Assembly: GCF_028368995.1 (NCBI RefSeq)
Contig: NZ_JAQNDL010000002.1
Span: 1,440,001 to 1,504,000 of the forward strand
Source of the DNA: Nannocystis bainbridge
GTDB taxonomy: Bacteria; Myxococcota_A; Polyangia; Nannocystales; Nannocystaceae
DNA length: 64,000 nt
Reading direction: 5' to 3'
Shown here: positions 60,297-64,000 of the stretch, in pieces
How positions within the stretch are numbered: position 1 is the first letter of the stretch
How the letters are laid out: each line of letters begins with the position of its first letter
The notes under the pieces: model-generated
What the model was told of the DNA's origin: nothing
Seen by the model: only the letters and a program-made list of their open reading frames with translations
Database searches by the model: none
Made by a program: the position numbers and the translations under genes

Positions 60297-61253
60297 TCAC
60301 CGGTCGGGGCGCGCACGCCCGTCGAGACCTGTTTGGGCGTACAGCAATTCGAGCGAGAACAGCACGGCGGCCACCCACAACGCCGTACCGAGGCCGAGGT
60401 GCAGGACCTGCATCCAGCCGGGGGCGGACAACATCACATTGAGGACGCCCGCCGCCAGCTGAGCGAACACCAGGATCATCACCCACGCGCTCGCGCGACG
60501 GACGGCCGGCGCCGCGGTGTTGCCGAGGTGATGGGCGATCACCGCGGTGAAGAAACCGAGGCCGCAGGCGAGCACCGGGTGCATCAGTCGCAGGCGCTGG
60601 AGGAAGTGCGCGCCGGCCCCGAGGTCGCGCTGCAATCGTTCGGCCAACGCGCCGGCCTCGACGGGGTAGAGCGTGTCGCCGAGGGCCGTGACGGCCCCGC
60701 TGAGGCCGACGAGCACCAGCCCCCCGAGGCTGGCACCGAGCAGCCAGCGGACACGACGGGACGCGCCGCTCCGCGTGACCGCGCCGGGATCGCGGCCCGC
60801 GGCCCACGCCGTCAGCGCGATCGCGCCGGTGAGCAGCGAGGTGTTGAGGAGGTGCGCGGCCATGACGACGGCGCGCGCGACCGAGTCGTTGTGGCCGACC
60901 AGACCGAAGCGCACCAGCCCGGCGCCGATCAGCGCCTCGGTGATCGTGAAAACCAGCGCCAGCCAGGCCCCGACCCGCGCCGTGTGCCCGCGCGGGAAGC
61001 CCCGCAGCGCCGCGATCAGCAGGGCGAGCACGATGATGCCGCACAGCCCCGAGGTGACGCGGTGCGAGAACTCGATGATCGTCTCGATCGTGGGGCTGAT
61101 CGGCACGATCTCGCCGTGACAGGTCGGCCAGTGCTGCCCGCAGCCCGCGCCGGAGCCGGTGATCCGCACCACCGCGCCGAACAGGATCACGAGGACGGTG
61201 TACGCGAGAGTGCCCCAGGCGAGGCTGCGAAAGCGTGCGCGAGCGGCGGCCAC
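60297..61253 (-). CDS. COX15/CtaA heme A synthase family protein
   Basis: GAVVRITGSGAGCGQHWPTC, EFSHR, EALIG, AHL, LHL. Confidence 0.85.
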   Translation of the reverse strand: MAAARARFRSLAWGTLAYTVLVILFGAVVRITGSGAGCGQHWPTCHGEIVPISPTIETIIEFSHRVTSGLCGIIVLALLIAALRGFPRGHTARVGAWLALVFTITEALIGAGLVRFGLVGHNDSVARAVVMAAHLLNTSLLTGAIALTAWAAGRDPGAVTRSGASRRVRWLLGASLGGLVLVGLSGAVTALGDTLYPVEAGALAERLQRDLGAGAHFLQRLRLMHPVLACGLGFFTAVIAHHLGNTAAPAVRRASAWVMILVFAQLAAGVLNVMLSAPGWMQVLHLGLGTALWVAAVLFSLELLYAQTGLDGRARPDR

Positions 61254-61545
61254 GGGCCCTCCATACTCGCTTTTTCCGGCGCCGAAAAGCCCTGCGACGG
61301 GCTGCCACGGCCCGCAGCACGTGCGCTGGGCGACGCGACGTCAGCTCGGCCGGCCGCGCCGGCGCCGCCTCGACCGCACACCGGAGCGTCGCCACGTGCG
61401 CACGCAGACGGGCGCGGCTGCCTCGCACGACGCGAGCTCGCCGCAGCCGCGACGCGAGTTCGCCGCGGCCCCGACGCGCGATGACTCCAGCACGCCCCAG
61501 CCGCCGCCTGCTCGATGGCGCGTGCCTCGAGACGGTAGCTCGGGT

Positions 61546-61890
61546 CTGCATGTACTCCTGAACATGCCTCGCGGGACATGCTCATACAGACATAAACAAA
61601 TCGTCATGTCCAAAGGGCCATGACCAGATGTACATGGCCGATCGATCAGATACATATGTCTGATACAACATGCCCGATAGACCATGCCCAAAGGGACATG
61701 TCCTCTAAAACATCATCGCATGCCCTATGCGACATGCCCGATCGAACATGGCTATATGGACATGTCCTCTAGAACATCCTCGCATGTCCGATGCGACATG
61801 CCCGATCGACCATGCTCACATGGACATGTCCTATGGAACATTCTCGCATGTCCGATGCGACATGCCCGATCGACCATGTCCTCTCGAACT
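61546..61890. repeat. Longest 14-bp-period array, with a 64-bp higher-order repeat; locally AT-richer
   Basis: CAT(G) at 61549, 61563, 61577, 61591, 61605, 61619, 61633; then blocks starting at 61655, 61719, 61783, 61847 (14+14+14+22). Confidence 0.92.
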
Positions 61891-61893
61891 TCG

Positions 61894-63516
61894 TCAACCT
61901 TGCTGCTGCACCCGGCGCCGCCGCAGCCGGCGCACGAGCCCGGCCGGCATCCCCCACAGCTGCACGCCGCCCGGGTACCGCCCCGCGCGGACGATCGCCG
62001 CGAACGCCACGAACCCGAGCGCGACTACCAGTCCGAGCGCGCCGGCGCCCAGCAGCGCGCGCAGCGGGCGGGGCAGGGCGGCCAGCGGACCGGCGAGCAG
62101 GTGCGCGGCGCCGGCCCAGGCGGCCCACACGACCACGGCGAGGCCGGCGTTGGCGGCCGCGAGCACCCCCACCTCGCGCCAGCGGCCGGGGCGGGCCAGG
62201 CCGCCGATCTCATGCCGGTAGAACGCGCGCAGCAGGCTCAGGTTGACGACCGCGCCGAGTGATGTCCCGAGGGCCAGGCCGGGCGCGCCGAGGCGCTCGT
62301 AGGTCGCCGCGTTGAAGCCGATGTTGACCGCCACCGAGGCCACCGACGCGATCAGCGGCACCCGCGGGCGATCGATCGAGTAGAACGCCGGCGCCACGAT
62401 CTTGACCATGCTGTAGGGCGCGAGCCCGATCGCGTAGGCCTGCAAGATCAGCGCGACCGCGGCCGACTCCGCGGGGCTGAAGCGGCCGCCCTCGTAGATC
62501 AGCGCCACGATCGGGTGGGCCAGCAGGATCAGGCCGACCGTGCTCGCCGACGTCAGCAGCCAGGCCGCCGACAGGCCCTCGCCGGTGCGGGCGATCAGGC
62601 GCGAGCGGTCGCCGCGGGCCGCCTCCTCCGACACCTGCGTGGCCGTCACCGTCGCCAGCGCCACTCCGAACACCCCGATCGGCAGGAAGAAGATCCGGAA
62701 CGCGTACTCGATCTGCGCCACCGCGCCGTCGCCGAGGCTGGCGGCGAAGCGCGTATTGACGAACACGTTGAGCTGGACCGCGGCCACGCCGACGATCGCC
62801 GGCAGCATCAGCGAGACGATCCGGCGCACGCCCGGGTGCTGCAGCAGGCCGCGCAGCTGCGGGCGGGCGCGGTAGCCGAGCCGGCGCAGGTACGGCAGCA
62901 GCACGGCCGCCTGGGCGACGCTGGCGACCAGCGTGCCGACGCTCCAGGCCATCACGGCGGCCGGTCCGCCGAGCCCGGCCAGCCACATGCCGAGGCCCGC
63001 GGCGATGCTGACCAGGTTGAACAGCACGGGCGCCAGCGCGAACGGCAAGAAATTGCGCTGGGCGTTCAGGATCCCGCCCCACACCGCGCCGACGCTCACG
63101 AACGCGAGGATCGGCATCATGATGCGCGTCAGCGCGGCGGTCTCGGCGATCTTCTCGGCGCTCCATCCCGACGTGATCGCGGCCACGAGCGGCCCGGCGA
63201 ACACCACCCCGAGCAGCGTCAGCGCGCCGGTGACGAGCAAAATCCCGGCCAGCGCGAGGTTGGCGAGCTGGTACGCGCGCTCGCGATCCTCCTGCACCAG
63301 GGCCGCGGTGAAGGTCGGGACGAACGCGCTCGACAGGGCGCCCTCGGCGAGCAAGTCGCGCAGGAGGTTGGGGATCCGGAAGGCCACGGAAAACGTGTCC
63401 GCGAGCGCGCCGGCGCCGATGAGGCGCGACTGCAGCGACATGCGCACGAGCCCGAGGACGCGCGAAGCGGCGACCGCGGCGCTGATCGAACCCGACGACT
63501 GGAGGGCGGACGGCAC
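61894..63516 (-). CDS. murJ: Lipid II flippase MurJ (MviN)
   Basis: SRVLGLVR, AFRIPNLLRDLLAEGALSSAFVP, LPIGVFG, AFYS, GLALGTS. Confidence 0.93.
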   Translation of the reverse strand: MPSALQSSGSISAAVAASRVLGLVRMSLQSRLIGAGALADTFSVAFRIPNLLRDLLAEGALSSAFVPTFTAALVQEDRERAYQLANLALAGILLVTGALTLLGVVFAGPLVAAITSGWSAEKIAETAALTRIMMPILAFVSVGAVWGGILNAQRNFLPFALAPVLFNLVSIAAGLGMWLAGLGGPAAVMAWSVGTLVASVAQAAVLLPYLRRLGYRARPQLRGLLQHPGVRRIVSLMLPAIVGVAAVQLNVFVNTRFAASLGDGAVAQIEYAFRIFFLPIGVFGVALATVTATQVSEEAARGDRSRLIARTGEGLSAAWLLTSASTVGLILLAHPIVALIYEGGRFSPAESAAVALILQAYAIGLAPYSMVKIVAPAFYSIDRPRVPLIASVASVAVNIGFNAATYERLGAPGLALGTSLGAVVNLSLLRAFYRHEIGGLARPGRWREVGVLAAANAGLAVVVWAAWAGAAHLLAGPLAALPRPLRALLGAGALGLVVALGFVAFAAIVRAGRYPGGVQLWGMPAGLVRRLRRRRVQQQG

Positions 63517-63566
63517 GTGGCGCGGCAGTAGAACACGCGCCGGGGCCGTGCGATAGTCCCGGCCCC

Positions 63567-64000
63567 GTGCTCCTCGCGCTCATCAAGACGCTCCGGCCGC
63601 GTCAGTGGATCAAGAACCTCTTCGTCGCCGTGCCGCTGATGTACGGCCAACGGCTCACCGATCCGTCGAGCCTGCTCATCACCGCCGGCGCCGTCGCGCT
63701 GTTCTGTCTGATCTCCGGCTGCGTCTACATCCTCAACGACCTCGTCGACGTCGAGAAGGACCGCGCCCACCCGAAGAAGCGCAACCGACCGATCCCGTCG
63801 GGCAAGCTGCCCGAGGTCGTCGCCCGCCGCTTCGCCGTGATCTGCGTGCCGGTCTGCCTCGCGCTCGGCTACTGGCTGCAGCCGCTCTACGCCGCCGCGC
63901 TCGGCGGGTACTTCGCGCTCAACCTGGCCTACAGCTTCAAGCTCAAGCAGATCGCCTACGTCGACGTGCTGTCGATCGCCGCCGGCTTCATCCTCCGCGT
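63567..64000 (+). CDS. UbiA family prenyltransferase (decaprenyl-phosphate phosphoribosyltransferase-like), 3' truncated; absent from the ORF track
   Basis: GTG start at 63567; reads LLALIKTLRPRQWIKNLFV...YILNDLVDVEKDRAHPKKRNRPIPSG. Confidence 0.88.
   Translation, partial: MLLALIKTLRPRQWIKNLFVAVPLMYGQRLTDPSSLLITAGAVALFCLISGCVYILNDLVDVEKDRAHPKKRNRPIPSGKLPEVVARRFAVICVPVCLALGYWLQPLYAAALGGYFALNLAYSFKLKQIAYVDVLSIAAGFILR

Overview
Very GC-rich (roughly 70+%) myxobacterial chromosome segment; the Thr-stalked lipoproteins, Ser/Thr kinase and RsbR-like STAS protein suggest Nannocystaceae (inference). It carries housekeeping genes (gltX, mazG, phoH, ybeY, gcvH, era, der, proS, murJ, tRNA-Leu(CAA)), cyclic-nucleotide signalling genes, a two-permease RND system and a tandem pair of vWA lipoproteins. 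The most striking unexplained signal is a dispersed 14-bp palindromic element, TGTCC-N4-GGACA. I counted at least 10 perfect copies and many near-perfect ones. It also forms head-to-tail arrays with a strict 14-bp period, seen as CATG/CAGG/CCTG junctions every 14 bp. These arrays sit just downstream of gene ends and also in-frame inside genes, where they create or overlay peptide segments (e.g. a ~40-aa insertion in YbeY). No CRISPR array, transposase or rRNA was recognised. All product calls rest on motif recognition, not database searches.
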